Positions 38,783 through 50,659 of a stretch of 64,000 bases of DNA are shown piece after piece; the first letter of the stretch is position 1, and every line of letters starts with the position of its first letter. The position numbers and the translations under genes are program-made. The DNA lies in the NCBI GenBank assembly GCA_963715195.1, contig CAVQRT010000002.1, forward strand, positions 160,001 through 224,000. The letters run 5' to 3'. Below the pieces are notes generated by a model. That model did not search any database and was not told the DNA's origin. It saw only the letters and a program-made list of their open reading frames with translations. This stretch comes from Thermodesulfovibrionales bacterium. Lineage in GTDB: Bacteria; Nitrospirota; Thermodesulfovibrionia; Thermodesulfovibrionales; SM23-35.

Positions 38783-39364
38783 ATGTCATGGAAATGCCCA
38801 TTATGTGGTCAAGAAAATCAGGAAACGTATAACAAATGCGCATGCGGCTATTCTGGTAACGGGGCTGTTCTCATCAAAGAAGAACTTGAGGACTATCAAC
38901 CTGTTTCAGAAGAAAGTGTACAGTATTTTCATATCCCCTCAGATTGCACAATTGATCAAACGCCGTCGTTACAAGAACCACCAAAAAGTCGTGATGTACA
39001 AGCCCAGGAAAGTCATGACTCAAAAAGCAGTGCGCCTGATGAAGAAGTGATCAAAGAGATCGATTCCTGGTTGTTTACCTTTTCACGTGGAGATGGCTGC
39101 ATATCTATTGGCACACCAGCATTGCAGTCCTTCAAGTTGAAAATATCTTCGGAAGACTTGGAGGACCTACTGGAATTTCTGTATCAAAAGACTGACAATG
39201 AAAAGACAATCAGGAAACTCAACCTTTCAGCAGCAGACATAATAGGGGTAATTGATAAGGTGGATAGGTTGATCGACGAAAAAAAATCAAAAGTTTCCAT
39301 TAAGTTTACCAGCGATGAGCTACAGGAAATCACCGATTTCATTAATGTACAATTGAAGATATAG
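38783..39364 (+). CDS. Hypothetical protein with N-terminal zinc-ribbon-like motif
   Basis: GGAGG RBS; WKCPLCGQEN...KCACGY, acidic linker, C-terminal domain with repeated helices. Confidence 0.75.
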   Translation: MSWKCPLCGQENQETYNKCACGYSGNGAVLIKEELEDYQPVSEESVQYFHIPSDCTIDQTPSLQEPPKSRDVQAQESHDSKSSAPDEEVIKEIDSWLFTFSRGDGCISIGTPALQSFKLKISSEDLEDLLEFLYQKTDNEKTIRKLNLSAADIIGVIDKVDRLIDEKKSKVSIKFTSDELQEITDFINVQLKI

Positions 39365-39601
39365 ATCATTTGAAGGCTGCTCCAAAACCTCAATACAGAT
39401 AACAAATCTCTCGATATCGGGAATTCCTTTTGCCAATATATTTGAGCCCAGGAAAATCAAAAGTCTCGCGCTTTTACGCCATTATTTACTTCCATTTTGT
39501 GCAAAATATTTAGCAAACGAACATTCAAGGTATTAACAGAATATAAAGACGTTAATTGCTGAAGTTTCCCGTGGCAGGCAGCAGATCTTAAGCTGTCCTA
39601 A

Positions 39602-40810
39602 TCAGATCTTGTCCAATGCCTGTTTCAGGTCGGCGATCAGGTCTTGCACATCTTCAAGCCCGAGGGCAATGCGGACAAGGTTGTCCACCATGCCAATTGC
39701 GTGACGGTATTCCTCAGGATAGTCGAAGAATGACATCACCGACATCTGTGTCACAAGGCTTTCACTCCCGCCAAGACTCGGAGTTATCAGGAAAAGTTCA
39801 AGGGAATCTATGAATTTCCGCGTCTCTTTGTCACCGCCTTTGACCAGGAAGGTGATCACGCTGCCGAATCCCTTCATCTGCTCTGCTGCTATGCGGTAGT
39901 CGGGATGCGATTTAAGGCCTGGATACCAGACCTTCTCGATTTTCGGATGGGCCTCGAGCATACGCGCAATCTCAATCCCGGCACGGTTGTGATGCTCCAT
40001 GCGAAGCGCGAACGTCTTTAGCCCACGTTCGAGCAGAAAACAGGTGAGTGGACCGGGTGTCGCACCAATCATCCGCTGCATGCGGTAGAGGTCATTCAGC
40101 AGGGCATGTTTGCCGAGGGAAACTCCGGCAAGCAGGTCATTATGACCGCCGAGATACTTGGTAGCAGAATGGATAACAAGATCAACACCCATTTCAAGAG
40201 GTTTGATATTGTAAGGCGTACCCAGTGTTGCATCAATAATGGTCATAATCTGATGTTGTTTCGCAACGTTCACAATCGCCGGGATATCCATAACCCGGAG
40301 ATAGGGATTCGTCGGCGACTCGGTAAAGATGATATTTGTATCGGGCCGGATCGCCCCTGCAATGGCATCTGCGGTCGGGTCTACCAGTGATACTTCTATG
40401 CCGAACTCCGCCAATTTTTTAGTTGCGAAATCGCGGGTCTGGCGGTAGCAGTCATTCGTGAAGATGATATGCCCGTCGCGGCGCATATATGCAAGCAGCG
40501 TCAGAATAACTGCACTCATGCCGGTAGCAAACAGAAGCGCCCGTTCGGCACCTTCAACAGCAGCGAGCTTGCGTTCGCACTCCTCCTGTGTAGGGTTACC
40601 ATAGCGTCCGTACTCATGGCCGCGTAACACACGGCCTTCGCTCTTTGCCTTCATGAAATCATACACTTCAGCAGTAGAATCGAAATAATAATTAGACGTC
40701 TGGACTATCGGCGTAGATACCGAGTAGTAAGCTTTGGGAGACCTTCCCAAGCCGTGGATTGCAAGGGTAGCTGCGTTCCACTGCCTGGATCGTGAAGACT
40801 TTTTCGGCAT
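39602..40810 (-). CDS. metB: Cystathionine gamma-synthase family PLP enzyme (plant-type)
   Basis: YGRYGNPT, DCYRQTR, ESPTNPYLR, HSATKYLGGHND, PSLGGSESL. Confidence 0.8.
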   Translation of the reverse strand: MPKKSSRSRQWNAATLAIHGLGRSPKAYYSVSTPIVQTSNYYFDSTAEVYDFMKAKSEGRVLRGHEYGRYGNPTQEECERKLAAVEGAERALLFATGMSAVILTLLAYMRRDGHIIFTNDCYRQTRDFATKKLAEFGIEVSLVDPTADAIAGAIRPDTNIIFTESPTNPYLRVMDIPAIVNVAKQHQIMTIIDATLGTPYNIKPLEMGVDLVIHSATKYLGGHNDLLAGVSLGKHALLNDLYRMQRMIGATPGPLTCFLLERGLKTFALRMEHHNRAGIEIARMLEAHPKIEKVWYPGLKSHPDYRIAAEQMKGFGSVITFLVKGGDKETRKFIDSLELFLITPSLGGSESLVTQMSVMSFFDYPEEYRHAIGMVDNLVRIALGLEDVQDLIADLKQALDKI

Positions 40811-40813
40811 CAG

Positions 40814-42148
40814 CTAACTCCTTTTCCGCAAAGCGTTCTGAAGGGCTTCCCTGACCGCTTCTACACGCGGGGGCAACTCAATCGGTTTGTTGGCGAAATG
40901 GCAGGGAAAGTCGAGCGCTTCCTCGTGGTAGCGGACCTTGAAGTCAGTGAACTTGAGTCCGTGTGCTGTTGATATGACCACGACACGTTCTGATTTGTCT
41001 ATTTTGCTGCTTGAAAGCAGTTTAATCATTACCGCAAGAGCAACACCGGTGTGAGGGCAGTTGAACATGCCGGTCTTGTCACCGAGCGCAGCGGCATCGG
41101 CTAACTCCTGTTCAGTAGCCTGCTCGACAATACCGTTGAATTGCTTCAGTGTGCGGACAGCCTTCTCGTAACTCACTGGATTACCGATCTGAATGGCGCT
41201 TGCAAGAGTCTTTTGCGCCTCAATCGGTTCAAAGGCCTCGAAGTTTTTCTGATATGAGCGGTAGAGCGGATTAGCGCGTTCAGCCTGGGCAACCACAATT
41301 CGGGGCAGTTTGCTGATCAACCCAAGGTCGCGCATCATAAGGAACCCATTCCCAAGCGCGGAGACGTTCCCGAGATTGCCGCCGGGTATAATGATTACAT
41401 CAGGCGTATCCCACTCAAATTGCTGAATAATCTCTATGCCAACGGTTTTCTGCCCCTCGATCCGCAAGGAGTTCATCGAATTTGCGAGGTACATGGTTTC
41501 ATCTTTTGTAATCTCTTTCACGATGCTCATGCAGCCGTCAAAGTCAGTATCAAGCGACAACACCAGCGCCCCGTTGGAGATTGGCTGAATGAGCTGCGCA
41601 ACAGAAATTTTTCCCTTCGGCAGGAGGACAATGGACTGAATACCGGCGGCTGCGCAGTAAACTCCAAGAGCAGCTGAAGTATCGCCGGTAGATGCACAGA
41701 CAACAGCCTTGATCGGCGCTCCTTCGCTAATCATCTGTTTGACCTGCGACACGAGCACTGTCATGCCGAGGTCCTTAAACGAACCGCTGTGGGAATTACC
41801 GCAGAGCTTGATCCAGAGATCATTCAGTCCGAGCATCATACCGAACCGCTCGGCCCAGAACAGATTGGTCCCTCCTTCGTAGAGCGAGACGATATTGTTG
41901 TTATCAATCTGCGGCAGGATCCATTCCTTCTTCCCCCAGACGCCGGAGCCGTATGGCCATTCTGAGGACTTATAGCGTTCATCGAACAGCTTCATCCAGG
42001 CCTTTGCATCACGTTGGGCAAGTGCGTTGAGATCATGCTGCACTTCCAGAAGCGAGCCGCAGGTCTTACATCGATAAATGATCGTGTTGAGCGGATACTT
42101 CGCCTGACACTGCTGATTTATGCATTGAAACCAAGCCTGATATGACAT
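40814..42148 (-). CDS. thrC: Threonine synthase (plant-like class)
   Basis: [66 protein letters not shown]. Confidence 0.95.
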   Translation of the reverse strand: MSYQAWFQCINQQCQAKYPLNTIIYRCKTCGSLLEVQHDLNALAQRDAKAWMKLFDERYKSSEWPYGSGVWGKKEWILPQIDNNNIVSLYEGGTNLFWAERFGMMLGLNDLWIKLCGNSHSGSFKDLGMTVLVSQVKQMISEGAPIKAVVCASTGDTSAALGVYCAAAGIQSIVLLPKGKISVAQLIQPISNGALVLSLDTDFDGCMSIVKEITKDETMYLANSMNSLRIEGQKTVGIEIIQQFEWDTPDVIIIPGGNLGNVSALGNGFLMMRDLGLISKLPRIVVAQAERANPLYRSYQKNFEAFEPIEAQKTLASAIQIGNPVSYEKAVRTLKQFNGIVEQATEQELADAAALGDKTGMFNCPHTGVALAVMIKLLSSSKIDKSERVVVISTAHGLKFTDFKVRYHEEALDFPCHFANKPIELPPRVEAVREALQNALRKRS

Positions 42149-42283
42149 TGGTATTACATCCTTTTGACCGGTTTTACAACGAGAGCAGAACCGTATTTTC
42201 CCCTCGCTATAGGCAAGGATATCATATTGATCAGAAGATGATCAATATGCATGGCCGCCGGTTTTAACAGATTGGACGCGCTG

Positions 42284-45200
42284 TCATCTGCACCATTTCC
42301 GCGCATTCTGGAACATCCTGAGCCAGGGCGATGCTGTGAGATTCTGTTTCCAGTCTCCCGGCATATATGCCCACTGCCATTTCAGAAATGTCCTCTCCGG
42401 ATGGGGCATCATGGCGAGGTGTCGTCCGTCAGGAGAGCAGAGCGCTGTCATGCCAGACGGGGAACCATTTGGATTGAAGGGATATACCTCAGTATATTCA
42501 TTATTGTCGTCTACAAAACGTACAGGCGCCAGTTCTCTGTGAAGCACCTCCTCCATGATATCACTGTCGGGGAAAATGAGCCTCCCCTCGCCATGTGCAA
42601 CCCAAACACCCAGTGTCGAGCCTTCCATTCCCTGGAGCATGATTGAAGGACTGCGCATTATGGAAACAGTTGAAAATCGTGATTCAAATCTTCCTGATCT
42701 GTTCCGGACAAACCTCGGCTGAATATGGTCGGGGATTCCTCTCCAGGGTATCCAGCCGAGAAGCGCCATGAGCTGACACCCGTTGCAAACCCCCAGACTA
42801 AATGTATCGGGTCTTTCATAGAAGTCCTGAAACTGTTCGAACAGCTTCTCATTGAACCGGATAACGCCTGCCCAGCCTTTTGCCGAATCAAGGACATCAG
42901 CGTAGCTGAACCCCCCGACAAAAGCCAGCCCCCTGAAATCGTTCAGGTTCGCAGCTCCGTCAAGCAGGTCCGTCATGGTAATATCCCATACCTCAAATCC
43001 TGCATGATAAAAGGCTGAGGCCATTTCACGGTCACCATTGCTGCCCTCTTCCCGTAAGATAGCCACTTTGGAGATCTTATTCTGTAATCCCCCCTGCCCC
43101 CCTGCCAAAAAGGGCGGCACGATGGAATTTTCCGGAATAAAAGTGAATTTATACTGAGGACCTTTTCTGTCAAAATTGACCCTTCTCTCCTCTTCAACAC
43201 AGTCGGGGTCCGCCTGGAGTCTGTCGAGCTGGTAGCTCGTCTCTTCCCAGACGGCCCTGAGTTTCTGCATGCTTTCTTTCAAAATTATTTGGTCATTCAC
43301 CTGAATGATGATTTGTTTCTCTGGCAAGGTCTTGCCGATTATCTGATAAGGGATATCGGCTTGTTTCAACATATCCGATATTCTTTGTTCCCGCTCCGGG
43401 AAATATTCGATGACAAACCCAAGTTCTTCAGAAAATAATACTGAGAGTTCCGGGTTCTGTGTTCTAAATTCCGAGTTTTTTCCCATCCCCCGACCGTTGC
43501 TCATGGTTGCTTCCAGGCCGCAGTTGCCTCCGAATGCCATTTCAAGGAGGGTTACAATCAGTCCGCCATCGCTTCTGTCGTGACCTGAAAGTATCAGGTC
43601 ATCTTCAATAAGTTGCTGGATAATGCGAAACGCTCTTTTCAGGAGTTGAGGGTCATCGACATCAGGGGCTTCGTCCCCGATCTGCCCGTACACATGGGCA
43701 AAAGCAGAACCTCCGGTCCTGTATTTTCCTCCGCCGAGATCGATATAGAGCAGCCGGCTTTCTCCCGGCCTTTTGATGTCCGGCGAAATAACCTTCGATA
43801 TATCAGGACAGGTAACGTATGCCGAAATGACGAGATTTCCGGGAGCCTTCACTATCTCGGGCTTATTCGACGTATCCACAACTTTGGCAGCCATGGACAG
43901 ACTGTCCTTACCGCCGTCCACTGCTATCCCGAGTTCGAGGAGGATATCCCTCAATGCAAGAGCTGCATCATAGAGTCTGGCGCCCTCACCCGGAAGCTTC
44001 GCTGCCCACATCCAGTTTGCGGAACATTTGATATCTTCGATTTCGCTCACCTTTGCCCAGACAATATTTGTAAGGGCTTCACCGACACTCATACGGGCCA
44101 TTGCCCCGGGGTTAATCAACCCTTTTATCGGCTGTTCACCGATCGAGATGGCAACGCCGGTCAGACAAAAATGGCTCTGGCCCACGACAGCAACATCCGA
44201 CAATGTTACCTGAAGCGGGCCAACGCATTGCTGCTGCACGATGAGACCGGTAACGGACCGGTCAACCTTATTCGTAAGGAATCGCTTGGAGCCGACTGAT
44301 ACGAGTCGCAATACTCTTCCCACAGCATCCAAAAGCGTAATGTTCTCCGGCAATTTCAACGGCTCAAGAACCGGTGGAATGCGCCCAAGGTTGAATGTCT
44401 TCTGCGGCATTGCACCAAGGACTTTTGAGAGGTCGAGATGAACCGGTGTAGTTCCGTCTGTCGCGTCATGAATCACAATATAACCGTCGCCGGTAATCTC
44501 CCCGATAATTGCACAGGGCACCTTCTCCCTTTTACAAAACGCAAGAAATTCACCTGTCCTGTCGGGCTGCAAAAGGAGTGCATCCTGCTCCTGGTACTCA
44601 GCACCCCAGATTTCGAGCACTGAAAGGGTGTGATCACCGAGCTGGATATTTCTGATCCCGATCTTTGCGCCGGCGGGATAAATGATTTCCTTGACTACGT
44701 TGCAGTTGCCGCCGGCCCCCTGGTCGTGTATGCTGACGATGGGATTCCGTTCACCCATTTCAACGCATGTCCTGATGACCCGGTTAACCTTCTGCTCCAT
44801 CTCCGCATCCCCGCGCTGAACAGCGCTGAAATCGAGCTCGGCTATGTTTTCGCCCTGTATCATGCTCGACGCGGCACCGCCACCGATGCCGATTCTGAAC
44901 GCAGGGCCGCCTATCTTCACCACATGCATGCCTTTTTCAGGCGGGCCTTTCTCAATATGACGGCTGTCTATCTGTCCAACACCGCCGGTAAACATGATGG
45001 GCTTCACCCATTCCCGTCGCTCGCCATCAGGCAGACGCAATCCGAACGACCGGGTAAAACCCTGGATGACCGGCTCACCGAATTTATTGCCGTAATCCGA
45101 GGCACCATTGCTTGCCTCGATTTCGATCTGCAATGGTGATGCAAGATTTAGCGGATAGGCAAAGAAAGGCTCTTCCCAAGGCAATGAATAGCCAGGGATA

Positions 45201-46324
45201 TGGAGGTTGCCGACACAATATGCGGCTGTACCGGCAATTACCAGGCTGCCCCTGCCGGTGGCATGAACATCCCGTATCCTTCCGCCGGTTCCTGTCTCCG
45301 CTCCGGGAAACGGAGCGACTCCCGTCGGGAAATTATGCGTCTCGGCAGTAAAAATGATGTGATACAGGGGATTTTCCTTCTGAAAGCGGCACGGGTTGCC
45401 GGGGAAATCCGGGAGAATGGTTTGCACAGGATATCCGCAGACAGCGCTCGAATTGTCTTTGAAAGCAATGACGCTGTTAACGGGATTGGACCGCAGCGGC
45501 TGCATAATGATATCCATGAGGGTATGGGGCATTTCCGCTCCATCTATGATGAGCCGCCCCTTAAAGAACCAGTGGCGTGAGTGCTCGCTGTTTGACTGCC
45601 CTAGATCAAAACACTCGACATTGGTCGGGTTCCTGCCGATTACATGCACGAACAGATTATAGTAATATTCGATATCCCATTTATCGAGGCCCAGCCCCAT
45701 TTCGGCATTCATCTTCTTCAGTGCATCTCTGCCGTTTTCGATCAAAGGAACAATCCTAACCGGTTCAGGCTTGATGCCTGTCTCGAACGTGGTAAGCGTC
45801 TCCGGATAGAGACACTCTGTCATGCGGTCGTGGATGAGAGAAAGGAATGATTCAAGGATTCGAGGATTCAAGGGTTCGGAAGATATACTTTCGTTCGCTT
45901 GGACCCTTCCCTTGAAAATTAATTTATATCTCCTTGATCGTTCAATCCGCATAATCTTGGTCAAACCGCATGCATGGCAGACCGAAACGGCATTCGTCGA
46001 CCAAGCCGTCATGAAGTTCATACGCGGACCCACCTCAACAATACAGTTATCGGCACCCTTTTTATGAAAAGGGGGCGAGGGGGAATTACTACCAATCAAA
46101 AAACTCCGGTCAGATAAATTCTCCGGTTCGAATGTCTCCGCAAGGAGCCATCGGAGCATCTTTCTTTCACCGTCCGAAAGCGGGGCTGTTGTCTCAATAT
46201 TGAAACAGAATTCGGTCTCGATATCCCCTATTTCAGGAAAAATGTTCTGCTTTGCGAGGAATACCAATGCATGCTTCTTTGCAGGTGGCAAGGCCGGCGT
46301 GCGATAGAGATGCAAGAGCTTCAT
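42284..46324 (-). CDS. purL: Phosphoribosylformylglycinamidine synthase, large single-chain type
   Basis: QSNSEHSRHWFF, ETHNFPT, HDQGAGG, DGGKDSLSM, and glutaminase motifs GVCNGCQ and MPHPER. Start set at MKLLHLYR (46324). Confidence 0.96.
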   Translation of the reverse strand: MKLLHLYRTPALPPAKKHALVFLAKQNIFPEIGDIETEFCFNIETTAPLSDGERKMLRWLLAETFEPENLSDRSFLIGSNSPSPPFHKKGADNCIVEVGPRMNFMTAWSTNAVSVCHACGLTKIMRIERSRRYKLIFKGRVQANESISSEPLNPRILESFLSLIHDRMTECLYPETLTTFETGIKPEPVRIVPLIENGRDALKKMNAEMGLGLDKWDIEYYYNLFVHVIGRNPTNVECFDLGQSNSEHSRHWFFKGRLIIDGAEMPHTLMDIIMQPLRSNPVNSVIAFKDNSSAVCGYPVQTILPDFPGNPCRFQKENPLYHIIFTAETHNFPTGVAPFPGAETGTGGRIRDVHATGRGSLVIAGTAAYCVGNLHIPGYSLPWEEPFFAYPLNLASPLQIEIEASNGASDYGNKFGEPVIQGFTRSFGLRLPDGERREWVKPIMFTGGVGQIDSRHIEKGPPEKGMHVVKIGGPAFRIGIGGGAASSMIQGENIAELDFSAVQRGDAEMEQKVNRVIRTCVEMGERNPIVSIHDQGAGGNCNVVKEIIYPAGAKIGIRNIQLGDHTLSVLEIWGAEYQEQDALLLQPDRTGEFLAFCKREKVPCAIIGEITGDGYIVIHDATDGTTPVHLDLSKVLGAMPQKTFNLGRIPPVLEPLKLPENITLLDAVGRVLRLVSVGSKRFLTNKVDRSVTGLIVQQQCVGPLQVTLSDVAVVGQSHFCLTGVAISIGEQPIKGLINPGAMARMSVGEALTNIVWAKVSEIEDIKCSANWMWAAKLPGEGARLYDAALALRDILLELGIAVDGGKDSLSMAAKVVDTSNKPEIVKAPGNLVISAYVTCPDISKVISPDIKRPGESRLLYIDLGGGKYRTGGSAFAHVYGQIGDEAPDVDDPQLLKRAFRIIQQLIEDDLILSGHDRSDGGLIVTLLEMAFGGNCGLEATMSNGRGMGKNSEFRTQNPELSVLFSEELGFVIEYFPEREQRISDMLKQADIPYQIIGKTLPEKQIIIQVNDQIILKESMQKLRAVWEETSYQLDRLQADPDCVEEERRVNFDRKGPQYKFTFIPENSIVPPFLAGGQGGLQNKISKVAILREEGSNGDREMASAFYHAGFEVWDITMTDLLDGAANLNDFRGLAFVGGFSYADVLDSAKGWAGVIRFNEKLFEQFQDFYERPDTFSLGVCNGCQLMALLGWIPWRGIPDHIQPRFVRNRSGRFESRFSTVSIMRSPSIMLQGMEGSTLGVWVAHGEGRLIFPDSDIMEEVLHRELAPVRFVDDNNEYTEVYPFNPNGSPSGMTALCSPDGRHLAMMPHPERTFLKWQWAYMPGDWKQNLTASPWLRMFQNARKWCR

Positions 46325-46361
46325 CGGGGTTATTGTATCAAACATGCAGGGTTGTAATGCC

Positions 46362-47663
46362 TTATCGTTTTTGACCGAACACCCTTCCAAAGATATAGTC
46401 TACATTTTTCAGATAATATTTCAGGTCGAAGATATTCCCTATCTCCTTTGCAGTCAGATATCTTTTGATATCCGTATCCCGGGAGAGCAATTTCCTGAAC
46501 TGAGATTCTGTCTTCCAGCTCTTCATGGCATTCCGTTGCACAATATCATACGCATAATCCCTGCCGAGACCCTTGTCAATCAGCGCGAGCATAACCCGCT
46601 GGGAATTGAAAAGACCAAAGCTCCTGGCTATATTCTCCTTCATTCTCTTCGGATAGACGTGGAGTTTATCAAGGATCCCTTTGATCCGGTGCAGCATGTA
46701 ATCTGTGAGGATCGAGCTGTCGGGGATGATGACACGCTCGACCGAGGAATGGGATATATCACGTTCATGCCAGAGCGCGATATTCTCCAGAGCAGCCAGA
46801 GCGTTTGACCTTACAAGCCGTGCGAGGCCGGAAAGATTTTCACACCCGACCGGATTACGCTTGTGTGGCATGGCCGATGACCCTTTCTGTCCGGCCATAA
46901 ACGGTTCCTCAGCCTCGCGCACCTCTGTTCTCTGAAGGTGCCGTATTTCGAGAGCGATTTTTTCGACGGAAGCTGCTACGAGTGCAAGGGAGGAAAGATA
47001 TTCCGCATGTCTGTCCCTCTGGACTACCTGTGTGGCGACTGGTTCAGGCTTCAGCCCGAGTTTTTTGCAGACTTTTTCTTCAACAGCCGGAGGAACATTG
47101 GAGAAGGTGCCGACTGCTCCCGAAAGCTTTCCGATACTGACCGTTTCCCGTGCTTTTCTGACCCGTGAAAGATTTCTCTTCATATCCTCATACCAGAGAG
47201 CGAATTTGAGGCCGAATGTCATGGGCTCCGCATGGATTCCGTGACTTCGCCCGATGATCAGGGTTTCCTTGTATTTATATGCCTGTTTCTTCAGGACATC
47301 CATGAGTTCGATGATATCCTTTATGATCATATCTGCTGCCTCCCTCATGAGAAGCGCAAGGGCAGTGTCGAGGATATCTGAAGAGGTCAGTCCCTTGTGG
47401 ATAAATCTGGACTCGGGACCAAGGCTCTGTGCTACCGAGGTGAGAAATGCGATAACATCATGTTTCACGACCTTTTCTATCTCGTCAATTCTGTTGACAT
47501 TGAACGCCGCTTTTTTCCTGATTGCGCTGAGGGCGTCCCCCGGTATCTCCCCAAGTTCTGCCCATGCTTCGCATACCGCAATCTCGACATCAAGCCATTT
47601 GCGGTATTTCTGTTCAAGATCCCACAGCTTTCCCATCTCCGGACGCGTATACCGTGCTATCAT
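46362..47663 (-). CDS. purB: Adenylosuccinate lyase
   Basis: MIARYTRPEM, KHDVIAF, GRSHGIHAEP, GSSAMPHKRNP. Start at 47663 behind GGAGG. Confidence 0.97.
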   Translation of the reverse strand: MIARYTRPEMGKLWDLEQKYRKWLDVEIAVCEAWAELGEIPGDALSAIRKKAAFNVNRIDEIEKVVKHDVIAFLTSVAQSLGPESRFIHKGLTSSDILDTALALLMREAADMIIKDIIELMDVLKKQAYKYKETLIIGRSHGIHAEPMTFGLKFALWYEDMKRNLSRVRKARETVSIGKLSGAVGTFSNVPPAVEEKVCKKLGLKPEPVATQVVQRDRHAEYLSSLALVAASVEKIALEIRHLQRTEVREAEEPFMAGQKGSSAMPHKRNPVGCENLSGLARLVRSNALAALENIALWHERDISHSSVERVIIPDSSILTDYMLHRIKGILDKLHVYPKRMKENIARSFGLFNSQRVMLALIDKGLGRDYAYDIVQRNAMKSWKTESQFRKLLSRDTDIKRYLTAKEIGNIFDLKYYLKNVDYIFGRVFGQKR

Positions 47664-47870
47664 GGCACCCCCTCCAATCATGAAACTCGAATCTTTGAAT
47701 GCATCATTGTACCACCCTATCCCCTTGCAAAAAAAGACATTTCTATGGTAATCTTTCCTTCCTGAAGGAAAAGCCGTAACCTCGCTTTGCGGGATACGTC
47801 TTTCTGTTACAAATAATTCGTACAGAAAAATCCCTGTAAGTTAAGGGATTTTGACAGGAGGAGAACAAAC

Positions 47871-48628
47871 ATGGTAGCTGCAATGAAGGAACTGCTTGAA
47901 GCAGGAGTGCATTTCGGACATCAGGTAAAACGGTGGCATCCGAAGATGAAGAAATACATCTTCGGGGAGCGCAACGGCATCTATATTATTGACCTTCAGA
48001 AGACGGTCAAGGGCCTCGAGGATGCATACCATTTTGTCAAAAATGTTGCGATTGCCGGAGCGCCGGTGCTGTTCGTCGGCACAAAGAAACAATCCCAGGA
48101 CTCCATTAAGGAAGAAGCCGAGCGGTCGGGTGCATTTTACATCAACCAGCGCTGGCTTGGCGGCATGATGACAAATTTTTCGACCATCAAGAAAAGCATA
48201 GAAAAGTTAAAAAAGATTGAGACCATGAAAGAGGATGGCACGTATGAACTGCTCCCCAAAAAAGAGGTTGCCGTCCTTGAAAAGGAAAGAAGTAAATTAG
48301 AAAAGAATCTCTCCGGCATCAAAAATATGAGCGCTCTTCCCGGAGCACTCTTCATTGTTGACCCCAAGAAAGAACGAATCGCCGTTGCCGAGGCACGGAA
48401 GATTTCCATACCCATTGTCGCGATCGTTGACACAAACTGTGATCCCGATGAGATTGATTATGTGATACCCGGAAATGACGATGCAATACGGGCAATAAAA
48501 CTGATAACCTCCAAAATTGCGGATGCCATCATGGAAGGCAAAGAAACCCTGTCCAAAGTTGCAGCTGAAGAGGCCGAGAAAACAGCCGTTGAGGAAAAAA
48601 TCCAGCAGGAAGAAGCAGGAGTGACTGA

Positions 48629-48632
<4 letters not shown>
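47871..48632 (+). CDS. rpsB: 30S ribosomal protein S2
   Basis: [36 protein letters not shown]. Confidence 0.98.
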
Positions 48633-50506
<1,874 letters not shown>

Positions 50507-50659
50507 ATGCTGAACACGAACTTTATTCTGAAAGTCACGGACGCAAAACTTTCCGATATCCGGAAGGCTTTGCAAGATGCAGGCATACAGGTCAGGAGCA
50601 TCATCGAAGTCTTCAGGGAAGAGATCACTATACCTCAGGAAGACAAGGAACCAAAGTAA
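50507..50659 (+). CDS. Small hypothetical protein (50 aa), not in ORF track
   Basis: MLNTNFILKVTDAKLSDIRKALQDAGIQVRSIIEVFREEITIPQEDKEPK. It abuts the frr stop (TAAATG) and overlaps the next start (TAATG). Confidence 0.7.
   Translation: MLNTNFILKVTDAKLSDIRKALQDAGIQVRSIIEVFREEITIPQEDKEPK

Noticed and set aside
42149..42283. SAM riboswitch or T-box upstream of thrC-metB
   Set aside because: The region is short and lacks the conserved SAM-I and T-box motifs.
46325..46390. N-terminal extension of purL overlapping purB
   Set aside because: It overlaps the purB 3' end; MKLLHLYR at 46324 is a more plausible start.
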